A stretch of 64,000 nucleotides of DNA from the NCBI GenBank assembly GCA_050273025.1, contig CP158635.1, positions 11,842,001-11,906,000 on the forward strand, written 5' to 3'. Both the position numbers and the translations under genes were made by a program. Source of the DNA: Cenococcum geophilum. Taxonomy: Eukaryota. The notes below the pieces were generated by a model. That model made no database searches and was not told where the DNA came from. It saw nothing but the letters and a program-made list of their open reading frames with translations. Shown in pieces: positions 13,039 to 24,300 of the stretch (position 1 is its first letter; each line of letters opens with the position of its first letter).

Positions 13039-15547
13039 GGAACCTTAATACAGTTAGTTATTAAAAGTTTAGGTCGCTTGGTCAATGCACTACTAAAAAC
13101 CAATAAAACTCTTAATCTTTATAAGTAAGTAAAGTCACTTCTATATAATAAAAATCTATAAAAGTTTTAAATAAGATAAATTATTACCTTTTCTATTAGC
13201 TTACCTAAAAAATTCCTTATTAATAAATTTTTTTACCATCTAATAGAGCTGGAAGGTAGGGCCTCCCTACGCCTTATTGGATTTATTAGTAAATTTACCA
13301 AAATCTTACTAAAGTTTGATGAAAACCAAAAAGCTCCAGCGCCGCACCCCATTTAATTAATATATACTTTTTAATAAATAGCGAAAATAATATAGAATAT
13401 ATTTTTATGTATAGTTTTATTTAATTATTAAGTTTTTTTACTTATTTAAAATATTTATTGTTGAGCTTTTTAAACCAAGAGGTGGTGAGTTTAGTGGTTT
13501 TTGGTGGGGAATTAGGTAGGCGACCCAAACTTTTAACGTAGTACTATACCTATATACTAGGTATTAACTCGGTATATAACACCTTAGTAGCTCTTAAGAA
13601 GAGGGTTGCCCCTACTAATATAGCACGTTAGCTGTACCTATCTACTTAATATATAAAGGTTAAAAAGGGCCTAAAAAACTAGAACTTTAAGGCCTAGCTA
13701 TAGCAGTAGGAGAAGATATATAACGACTATAAAAAGATTAAATTACCAAACGTGGACGGCGACCAAGAAATTAGAGATTTTTTAATAGCAGTAGAGCCAG
13801 TATTACCAAATTAGGCCTTAATATAAAGGGTTAGATTTAATAAATACAACTAGGCTAGTAACTATATAATATCTATATATTAACTAGTCAAAATATATTA
13901 GAACTATTAATAACTAGAGACTACCTAAAAGAGAAGGGATTAGCTTAGTGCTAATATAGTAGGCTTTTAGGGTAAGTCGATTAACGGAGCTTCTAAGGAC
14001 GAAGCTTTTAAAGCTCCTAAGACTATACCATTTAAGACATTACAGAAGAAAAACGCCCTAACGTACTACTATGGAGCTATTTACTAGTTTTAGGACTGTC
14101 CCTATATTAACAAATTAGTTTAATTAAAGGATTGGAAATTAGATAAAGTTATAGCTATAAAAGTTAAGGAAAGAATTATAAGCATATTAGATTAGACTAA
14201 GTTAAAAATTAAGAAAATAAGAAAGAAGGCTTTAGGTAAAGAAGCTATATAGAGCCCAAACAGAAGCTAAAAGGAAGATAATAGTACCTTTGCTATATAC
14301 TAAATAGGCGTTTATAAAGTAGGCACTAACTATAAGCTACGCGATAGTATAATTCTTAATAACGGAACTACTATATACGTTATTAACGATTAATCGAGGG
14401 TTGTTAACGAGCTTTAACTAAGTAATAACTTTATATATACTGGAACGGGTATAAATCTAATTAAAGGTATAGGGACAATAGTAATTACTATTTAGACGCT
14501 ATTAGGCCCTAGGAAGATCTTCTTAGCTAACGCAGTATATATACTAGCTTTTTATATAAATTTAGCCTACTTAAAGAAGTTTAACTAGAAGAACGTATAG
14601 TAGGATAATAAAAAGAACCTACTATGCAATAAAGACAATTATAAGACGTTCGCCTATTATAAGTACTATTATAACCAATTAATCCTTAAGTATAATAAGC
14701 TAAAAGCCTTATTTGCAATCTAGTCGCGAAACCCCCTTTCTAATTAGGAAATAGTAGGAAGGTTTTAGTATAAAAAAACTAGGTTATACAGGACCCAGCG
14801 CAATTAAGCATCTACCCTAAAAGGTTGGTAGTGCGAAGCTTTAAGGACTAGCGACAATTAACTATAAACCCTATATTATTAGCAAGGCTTATAAAATTAT
14901 ATTAAGAAGAGCACCTACTAATAAGGCAATAAGGCCCTTCTACTAAGTATATATTAACTTATTTTTAGAAATCGTGGCGTATAACGGTTATATTTAGATA
15001 ATATATATATATTTTTAAATAAATTCTTATAAATAAATAAGGTAGAGATCTTTACCTATAAGTTATTATTAATATAAGCAATTATCTAATATTTAAATAA
15101 GGTAAAGCGTTAATATAATTAGAAGATTAGGGTAATCTAAGTTAATAGCAAGACCTCCCTTAACGGCGACTTTTATAGTTAAATAAACTAAGAAGAAATT
15201 ACGGTAAAGCAATTGGCCCTATATATAAAGTATTAGAACAGTTCTACTAAACGTTTTAGGGGGGTAATTATTATTAAGTCTTATTATATACGAATTAAAG
15301 CTTAATTACTAGAAAAGCTCTAGCTAGAGATTATTAGAGATATAGCGTACTTAATTAATCGGACACTAAACGCCTAGCTTAATTAGATAACACCTTTTAA
15401 AAAGCTTTAGTTAGTACTAGGGCTCTTACTATTAAAGCCAAATATAGCTTATTTATAGGTATATGGCTATAGAGCTTACCTACTTAAATATAACCTCCCT
15501 TATACTTAAAAACTTAAGCTAAGAGCTTATATTAAATACCTAGTTAA
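13039..15547 (+). mobile_element. Ty1/Copia fragment C (gag-PR-IN); cut by B upstream and D1 downstream
   Basis: Gag ALKKRVAPT, Cys/His knuckle ~14060, protease DSIIL(D)NGTT(IH)V ~14345, integrase APY...(Q)N(G)S(AE)R(SG)G ~15215, KL(EP)RA(H)I(G)YLV ~15510. PR-IN order is Copia-type. Confidence 0.85.
13051..13546. mobile_element. Tc1/mariner-type MITE (496 bp), TA target duplication
   Basis: Imperfect 27 bp TIRs (cagttagttattaaaagtttaggtcgc / gcgacccaaacttttaacgtagtacta), TA on both sides. Removing it restores the Copia gag frame. Confidence 0.8.
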
Positions 15548-17194
15548 TATAAGAGGCTAGCCTAATTAGCAGTATAGAATAAGAGTTACTAGGAAGTAGA
15601 AGGCAAGTTAAAGGTAAAATAAGTTATATATATTAAAGGGCAAATAATTTTTAACCTCTTCTATTCAAAGACTAATTACTAGTTCTTTTCTAGAGGAGAA
15701 CTAGCTCCCTATATAATCCTTTTAAGACGCTAGTAAAACCCTTCGCCCCTTATTTATCTAACTATATCTTTTAGGATATAGATAAAATATAAATAGAATA
15801 TAAATAAAACCTTTTACTATCTTATCTAATATATACTTTCTAGGGGATTCCGTTACAATTGCCTCTCTTTTAAGGGTTTTAGTCCTTTAAGACTTCGCCT
15901 CTACTAAGCTTTTATAAAGTTCCGGCTAAAACTACTAGGGAAAATTCTTAGTAAAAAGGTACTCTATAATACGGCTTATAGCTAATTCTTTACTAGTATA
16001 AAACCTTACTTTATCTTTAATTCCTCTACTTTTTTTCTACTATAGCTCCTTATAATACCTTTATAATAGAACTATAATAATAAAAATAAAAATTAGATAA
16101 GATTTACCTTTTTTATTATAAGAGTTTGTTATAAGTTAATCTAGAGGTTGTTCTATATAACGCGTCTACTAGCTACTATCCCTATTTACCTAAAATAGGT
16201 TCTAATAATAACGTCTTAATTTTAATTTTCTTCTAGTTTATAAGCTATCGCCTCTTATACGTCTTTTTATTAATAATACTATTTATTTTATCTTTTAGCA
16301 GACTATTTTTTACTATATCTTAGCTTTTAGCTTCCGTATCTCTAGCTATTCTTTTATAACTACTTTATTCTCTTCTTATAATATATCTATAAGTAATAGG
16401 ATTTCTATTTTATCTCTATTAATAATACTAACTTCTTAAAGTATTCTCTTATAATGGCTTATAGTTATACTATATATCCCTAAACTAGCGGCAGTATTAT
16501 TTTAGTACCACCTTATACTACCTCTATTACTCCTATAGTAATTTTTCTAAAGTACTACCGTTATTGCGTTTACGCACTTAAGCTAGACCTATCCTACGCC
16601 TATAAGATACTTTACTCCAGTAAAAATAAATCTAAGTATTCCTATTGCCGTAGTAGAAAAAAGACCTATATTTTAGTATTTTCCATTCTATTCTATTCTA
16701 AATTTTACTAATTATATTAGATCCCCGCTATTTATACATATAAGACTTATAAGCTCTAGCGCACTATTTAGGATTTCCACCTATATCTAAATAGCGATAA
16801 ATAGAGATAGAAGGTATCTACCCTTACTTATAGGCTCTTTAATTTAGTAAGGGTTTCTACTATTATAGAGACGTAATAATCTTAGATATATAGTGTCTAA
16901 GAGCGTATATACGAGTAGCTTACCCTTATAAATAATAATATTTGCACTCTTATATAGGCCTTTTTAGCTAGGTAAGTTTCTCTAATAATATATTTAGGAA
17001 CTATACTAATTCTCTTAATTAACGGCTTTTGGATCCCTATTTAAATACTAATTTAGAGCCTAGGGATAATACTAAGTATAGTAATAAAAGTTAAGATAAA
17101 TATTTTTCTTGCCAGTTTCCTGTCCATACTAGTTCTTTTAATTTCCGTTATTTTAAAAAGAATATTAGTAGAAGTGCTAATACTTTTAAGAATA
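15548..17194 (-). mobile_element. LTR element family D copy 1: 3' LTR (15548-15857), PPT and 3' internal region; cut by D2
   Basis: tataagaggc...ccgttaca is followed by a reverse-complement PPT (attgcctctctttt). Colinear with D2. No pol domain visible, so the superfamily is unassigned. Confidence 0.8.
16454..17194 (+). pseudogene. Antisense accessory ORF of family D with a Zn2Cys6-like cluster and a short intron
   Basis: ATG 16454. C-x2-C-x11-C-x11-C-x2-C-x6-C at 16556-16669; TGC survives at Cys2 and Cys5 here and at Cys1 and Cys2 in D2. GT...tactaat...AG intron at 16676-16720. Confidence 0.6.
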
Positions 17195-17694
17195 TGTAAG
17201 AGGCCAGTCTAACTAGAACGTATAATTATCTAATTAATAGTGTAGAATAAGAGTTATAGGTAAGTAGAAGATAAGTTAAGATAAAACAATCTTTATAAAT
17301 AAAGGACAAATGCCTTCTAACTTCTTCTATTTAGAGACTAATCGCTAGCTCTTCTCTAGAGGAGAACTAGCTCCCTATATAATCCTTTTAAGATACTAAT
17401 AAAACCCTTTACCCTTTATCTATCTAACTATGTCTTCTAGGACGTAGATAAAATATAAATGGAACCTTATATTATTTTATCTAATATATACCTCTCGGGG
17501 GATTCCGTTATAATTGCCTCCCCTTTAAGGGTTTTAGTTCTTTAAGACTTTACCTTTACTAAGCTTTTATAGAGTTTCGGCTAAAACTACTACGTTAGGA
17601 AAAAATTTACCAGCATTTTTACAGCATTTGGCAGCATTTGGCGGCTAAATGCGCATTCCGCGCACTATAACGTATAGCGTATAGTATTAACTAA

Positions 17695-17950
17695 GGTGCG
17701 GCATACTGCTGTATTTAACAATGTAGTGCGGCATACTGCTATATTTAATAATGCAGTGCGGCATACTGCTGTATTTAATAATATAGTGCAGCTAATTACG
17801 CATTTTGCGCATTCTGTATATAATGCCCTTTTTACGCATTCTGTACATAATGCCCTTCTCACACATTCTGTATATAATGCCCTTCTTACGCATTCTGTAT
17901 ATAATGCCCTTTTTACACATTCTGTACATAATACCCTTCTTGCGCATTCT
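17695..17950. repeat. Two adjacent 30-bp minisatellites
   Basis: gtgcggcatactgctgtatttaacaatgta x3, then gcattctgtatataatgcccttyttac-type units x5. Confidence 0.9.
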
Positions 17951-18060
17951 ATATATCTTGCTTACTTTAAGCAATAAATAAGTATTACTCTTCCTACGCA
18001 GTTGGTGCAAAATAAATTATATTTTAGATAATTTAATATAATATAGCGACGGTTCTTTTC

Positions 18061-18086
18061 TACCTGCCTACCTACCGATTTACCTA

Positions 18087-18141
<55 letters not shown>

Positions 18142-18188
18142 ACCTGCCTACCTGCCTGCCTGCCTGCCTGCCTACCTACCTACCTACC

Positions 18189-18227
<39 letters not shown>

Positions 18228-18230
18228 ACC
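18061..18230. repeat. Compound tetranucleotide microsatellite (CCTG/CCTA/TCTG)n
   Basis: Directly visible; RIPed counterpart at ~35700-35920. Confidence 0.95.
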
Positions 18231-18565
18231 TACCCATCTATGCCTACCTGTCTGTGCCTACCTATCTATGTCACCTTGATTCGATCGATCGATCGAATCG
18301 TTTATCGTGTTCGCTGGCTGGTCGTTCGAACGGTTGTCGTGTGGCTCTGGCGACGGTCGTGTGACGATGACGACGGTCGTCTAGCTCTGGCGACGGTCAT
18401 CTGGCTCCGGCGACGGTCGTCTGCTGGCTGTCGTTCTGGTGTCTTCCTAGGTAGGGAGGATGTAAGGAAGGGTAAAAAATGAGGTGGCTACCTAGGTGTA
18501 TATAGGGGGTATACTTGGCAGAGGCACGTGTAGAGGCTATCGGGAATATAGTGGGGACCCGATGC

Positions 18566-18740
18566 GGAGCTTCGTGTAGAGCCTCGTGTAGAGCTTCGTG
18601 TAGAGCTTCGTGCAGAGCTTCGTGTAGAGCTTCGTGCAGAGCTTCGTGCAGAACTTCGTGTAGAGCTTTGCGCAGAACTTCGTGCAGAGCTTTGTGTAGA
18701 GCTTCGCGCAGAGCTTCAGAACTTTAAACTTTATGTAGAA
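18566..18740. repeat. 12-bp minisatellite (agagcttcgtgy)n
   Basis: Directly visible; longer RIPed counterpart at ~36345-36825. Confidence 0.95.
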
Positions 18741-19268
18741 CTTTAGGAAAAAATTACTAGCATCTAATTTTACTTTTCTGCCATTTTAGCATTTTCTAGC
18801 ATTTAGCAGCTAAATGCTAATACTTAATTATAAATGCGGCATTTGGCGCTAAATGCTAGAAAATGCTAGAAATGCTAGAAAATGCTAAAATGGCAGAAAA
18901 GTAAAATTAGATGCTAGTAAATTTTTTCCTAACGTAAAGAAGATTTTTAGTAGAAAGGTACTTTATAATGCGGCTTATAGCTAGTTCTTTACTAGCGTAG
19001 AACCTTACTTTATCTTTAGTTCCTCCGCTCTTCTTCCACTATAGCTTTTTATAATACCTTTATAATAGAACTAAAATAATAATAATAAAAATTAAATAGG
19101 ATTTACCTTTCTTATTATAAGAGTTTGTTATAAGTTAATCTAGAGGTTATCTTATATAACGCGTTTATAAGCCACTATCCCTATTACCTAAAATAGGTTC
19201 TAATAATAATGTCTTTATTTTAATTTCTTCTAGTTTATAAGCTATTGTCTCTTATATATCTTTTTATT

Positions 19269-19354
19269 GGCCGTCAAAAACGGACTCTATACCTGTATGT
19301 GGTAACGGCTACAAACCTAAGTCTTCGAAGTTTAGACTCAGAGCTAACGCAGAG
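19269..19354 (+). ncRNA. HDV-like (delta-like) self-cleaving ribozyme at the retroposon 5' end
   Basis: P1 GGCCGTC/(G)ACGGCT with G1-U wobble; P2 CTCT(GC)/GCAGAG; P3 ACC/GGT; 7-nt L3 TGTATGT; P1.1 GT/AC; P4 CT(G)AGTCT/AGACTCAG; J4/2 AGCTAAC. All four mismatches are RIP-type transitions. Confidence 0.85.
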
Positions 19355-20277
19355 ACGTTGCACAGCATGCGATACGACCTAGTAGTGGTGGTTATAGGTA
19401 TTGTAGGCGGTGGTAAAAAGTTTTTATATAGGATAGTAAGATCTTAAAAATAACCACTAAGTGCCCCTTACAGCAATAATAATAACACTATTCTCCTATT
19501 AAGGCACCTATACAATCTAATATAGATGCGCGGCATTCAATAACATCCCCTAACCCCTAGTAGAGAGTATTAACGACCTCTTATATTAACAAACGAGCGA
19601 TTATAAACGAGCAACGAGCAAATATACGGCCCCTCTTAACCCCTAGGGCAATCGCCCGCGGAGTATGCGGTTACTTACCATTAACTATTAAATACTACCT
19701 AGCAGCTTAGATAACACCGTATAGTTTTCCTATCTCCTCTTAAGGAGTAGTAACCCTTGGCGAGGGCCTAGTGACTAGGGCCTAGGCATAAAAGATACTC
19801 AGGCACACACATCCCGCTCGCCTTTTAGTATAGTGGTTTATAGATAAATCCCCCTTACGCCTTTAATAGGCCTTAGGGGGGGGGGAGGCATGGTATATAT
19901 AGTAATAGTTAACAAGAGATAGTATATAGGGGGTGGTTAAAATACGGAATATAACTATAAGTATACAGCAATCAAACGGCAAGGCCTAGCTAGGACGTAG
20001 TGAACCCTAGCTAGAATAAGCTAGAGAAGGAAGTAGTGGTTCCTAAGGAGTTTAAACATTTAAGGAGGACAGGACGTAGCCGTAGGCCCGTAGGGCCGCC
20101 GCTACGGACAAATATAGCAAACCAGGGTTTTTCATCCTACTGAGGTGGCTTATAGGGTTTTTCCTCCCCCAAACTGCAGGGGTTTCTTCCTGTAAATTAT
20201 AAGTTTTCCCCCTATGACGGAGTAGTCTGCGTGGGCCTAGATAGGATCCGTATCAGACGTTAATTAAGAATTACTAC
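19269..20277 (+). mobile_element. Non-coding non-LTR retroposon (SINE/SIDE-like, 1009 bp)
   Basis: 14 bp TSD tatatctttttatt (19255-19268 and 20278-20291); D1 shows the empty site. 3' end ...ccgtatcagacgttaattaagaattactac has a TAC tail like fungal Tad1-clade LINEs. No ORF. Confidence 0.88.
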
Positions 20278-21398
20278 TATATCTTTTTATTAATAACACT
20301 ATTCGTCTTATCTCTTAGCAGACTGTTTTTACTATATCTTAGCTTTTAGCTTCCGTATCTCTAGCTATTCTTTTATAGCTGCTTTATTCTTATTTTATAA
20401 TACGTTTATAAGTAATAGGATTCCTATTTTATCTCCATTAATAATGCTAACTTCCCGTAATATTCTCTTATAATATTTTATAGTTGTACTACATATCCCC
20501 TAACCAGCGGCGGTGTTATTTTAGTACCACTTTAGACCACCTCTATTGCTCCTACGGTAATCTCTCTAAAGTACTGCCGTTATTGCGTTTACGCGCTTAT
20601 ACTAGACCTGTCCTACGCTTATAAGATATCTTATTCCAATAAAAATAAATCTAAGTATTGTGGTGGTGTGATTTGGCCCCTAGATTTAATATCTAGATTA
20701 GGTATAGCTTTGGGAGAGCCTAGGCCCTCCATAAGTTATATAGATCGGTCTAGAGCCTATAGAGTCTTTAACAACTCGAACAGGCTTAAGGGACACAGAA
20801 TATACTCTTTTCTTCTCTTCTTACTAACTGCTTTCCTACTAATTTCCACTAACTAACTACGACTAACCGACCGACCTAATAGCACTATAACTTCCTTTCT
20901 AAGAGAGACTGCGTATACTACTATATATAGTATTCCACATAGGGACGACGGCAAGCTCTTTAGATTAGAAGTCTAGCGCTATATATATAAAAAACGTATA
21001 GGAACGTGTTACAACTACAGAAGGACTAAAAACTATTAAGTCACCATTACCGGAAGCCGTTAAGTCACTAATAGGTGCGGAAATTAAGCATAGAACTACT
21101 AGCAACGTACGCGTAGGCACTACTATTATTAAGATAAGTTAATAATACTTTTGGAGATTGTTATTTAAGACCTATAGTAGACGGAATAAATAACTAGGAG
21201 TGGGAATGTAAGTATGGGGTACGGCAGGACGGAGGATAAAAGAGAGGGTTATAATACATTAGGACTAGTAGAAAGAAGTCTTAAATTTTTTATTTACTAT
21301 ATTTATAATAGTCTATATAATTCTTCTAGCATTTATATAAGCCTCCCTTAAATTTATAAGAGTAATAGCAATAGGACCAATAAAGGGAATACTAGGGA

Positions 21399-24300
21399 TG
21401 CTAGGCCCATTCTATAATAACGGCGGAGAAAAAAGTAGGCAGCTTATTAACCTACAAAGTTTTCCTAACCTAGAGGATGCGGTACTAAACCTAACTTCTA
21501 TAACATCTAGAACTAATAACCTTTAGTAAAAAAAGGACAAGAACTAGGAGGTTAACTTACCTATTTTAAAAGAAACTGCTAGTCTATTACCTTATAATAA
21601 ACCACTAATAGAACAAGATAAGGTATATATTATAGCCTAACCTATACTAGCTCTAAAAACTCTAGGGACTCCTTACTTTACGGGATAAAAATATATTATA
21701 ATTTATTGAATAGTATAAGTAACTATATATTTAACACCGTGTTATAAACGATAAGAAGTATTAAGAACTTCCGGAATATTATAACTATTAAATAGGGACC
21801 TAGATCCGAAGTCTGCCTAAGTTTATTATTAGTAAATAGATAGAACTTATAGGAAAGCTTTAGACAAACTACTAAGGAAGTGACTACTTTTAACAAGTTA
21901 AGACGGTAAAATTCTTAGAAGCGTATATACTATAGTATAGAAATAACCCACTTAGTAGTATACGTAAGTACTACAGACAATTTATACTAATTTCCTAGAA
22001 GGTTACTAAAGCTAGTAATTTAGAAAACCGTAAATAAGAATACTGGTTTATAAAAGGACTCCCATTTAAATATTAAAAATATACTATAACTAAGACAGGA
22101 GCTAACCCGGATAGACGAAAGTCTTTTAACTTCTACCTGCTAAGAAGGGCTATAGAAAACAGGCTTAATTCGTATAAGGGCGTAGACCGCTTATTAATAA
22201 TAAACCCTAAGGAGCAAGGTCTCCGTTAGCTGGTTAGACAATTCTATAAGTAGCAGCCGGCCATATTAAACCAGAGAGATGCTACCCTTTGGCCACTTAT
22301 AGTCTCTTAGCTAAATAAGTCGGTAAGTACCTATTAAATAACCTAAGAGACGGACCCTAAGCTAGAGAACCTTACTAGTTAACTCTAGAAGCTTAATCTT
22401 AAGATAGTTAAATTAGCAAGCGTTATATCTTTAATACTATTCCTTAATAGGATTTAATAAGACCTAATATGGTATATGCAGCTCCTAAATAAGGCATCAG
22501 TGCGTTAAGAATAAGTAGGTCTATAACTGGTAATAAATAACAATAGACTGCTGCCGTCCTATAAGGGGGCGCTATAAGAGCAATATAAGCCAGGCCTAAA
22601 AAGGTATAGAGGACTAAGAAACTTTAGTATATACTAGGCATAAGCTAAGACATATTATAGATATAGAGGCCCTTATTATTTTATTAACTAATACCTAAAG
22701 CTCTAAGAACTAGTCAGCCAGGGGTTCCTATATATAAATAAGAATAACCAAATCTATACTAAAACACGTTAGCGCCTAGGAAATCCACTCCCGTATTTAC
22801 CAAGCAATAATTAAATTTAGTTCCTTAAAGACTAGCTAAGGCAGAATGCGAATATTAATCCTAATATAATAGTAATAGGCATCTAACTAAATACGTCCTT
22901 AGTAGAGCTTATAGAAAGCAATGGCGCTAAAAGTAAAGAAAAGCTCGGCGAGTCCTAGAAAGATATATATTAAGTGGAGTCGGTATATATTAATCTAGTA
23001 GGAGTAGCAACTTAGTTATAGCCTATAACACGGTTATATAATCTTAGAAAGCTAAGAGGAGATATAAGGGTGACGAAACCACCTCTAAAACCAACTAGTT
23101 TATAACCGGCAATAGTTTAAAATATATAACTAGAAGGATATATCTAAATTACACTATAATTATAGTAGCAGGCTCCCTAATTACTAGTAAGTAATAAGGA
23201 GACTAATAAAATAAACTATGCTAAATAGCTAAAAAGAGAAGTAGAGTAAGGAATAGAAGTAACTGTAACCGCTAAAGCACCGCGACTAAAGCCGGTTAGG
23301 ATAATAAATATACTAAAAGAAAACGTCCTAAGCTTAACCGTAATAGCGGACAAGATCTTATTAAAAACTATTAAAGTTACTATTAGTAACTGCCTTATAT
23401 ATATACCTAAAGTTATAAGGTTATTCTTTAAGCCTCTTTTACTACCTCTTATAGAGCCTTACTAATAAAAGTTAGAGGGCGTTAAGGTATCTATATCGTT
23501 AGTATACCTAACGTTTTATACTAATTAAGCTAGCCTAATAACTGTAAAGGTAGACTAAATTAAACGGGAAGCAGAATTTACCTAATTTTAATAATAATAT
23601 CTAAAGGTAGAAGCATAGATAGGAGATAAAAGGGTTAAGTGCTTAATTAACTCTAGAGCGGAGCTTAACCTTATTAAGGAAAGTATGGCTCTATAACACA
23701 GCTTACTAATATTAAGTCTGCCCCTATAGTTATAGGGTATATATCTAACGTCTATAAATAGGACTTAGTCTAAGTTTATTAGATTAGTATATATAGCCCC
23801 TATAGTTATAAGGGACGTCTTAATATCTATAACTTTTATTACTATAGGAGAAATGTTATATAAGGTAATACTTAGTAAGCTATAGTTAGTAAGGGTTAAA
23901 CTAGCAACGCAGCGAACCGCAATAGGCTAGGTATTTTACATTATTTAATTAAAAGATAGCGGAGTTAAAATAAGGTTCTTAATATCCTATAAGAATATAA
24001 TGTTCCTTAGACTAGATAAAGGAATTAATATAGGTAGTAGTTTAGGAAACGCATAATTAGTGTAACCGCTAAAATCATATCTAGGGTTACTTATAACCCG
24101 GCGTATTAAAATAAGGAGGATACTAAGGATAGAGAGGTAGGAAATAAGGTGCGACTTTAATAAGGATATTTACTATTTTAGATATCCGCTAAATAGGGCC
24201 ATTAATAAAAAGAAGAGCATAACGCTAAATAGAGAGAGCTTAACAGTAAAATGTTAAAGGAAGTCCTAAAAAAGTACTTAGGAGGAAGGTAGAAGCTAGT

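Larger units (their letters stand above)
17593..18934. mobile_element. Non-autonomous TIR element (pogo/Fot1-like TACGT ends) carrying tandem-repeat cargo
   Basis: TIRs cgttaggaaaaaatttaccagcat / atgctagtaaattttttcctaacg with TA duplication. D1 shows the empty site. Confidence 0.85.

Noticed and set aside
17695..17950. Possible CRISPR-like array
   Set aside because: Head-to-tail repeats without unique spacers, in a eukaryotic context with no cas genes.
17665..18010. Three overlapping short ORFs
   Set aside because: Artefacts of 30-bp tandem repeats that are open in several frames.
18515..18727. ORF with (RASC)n repeats, and the similar ORF at 36429-36854
   Set aside because: Translation of a 12-bp minisatellite with a non-ATG start; no coding evidence.
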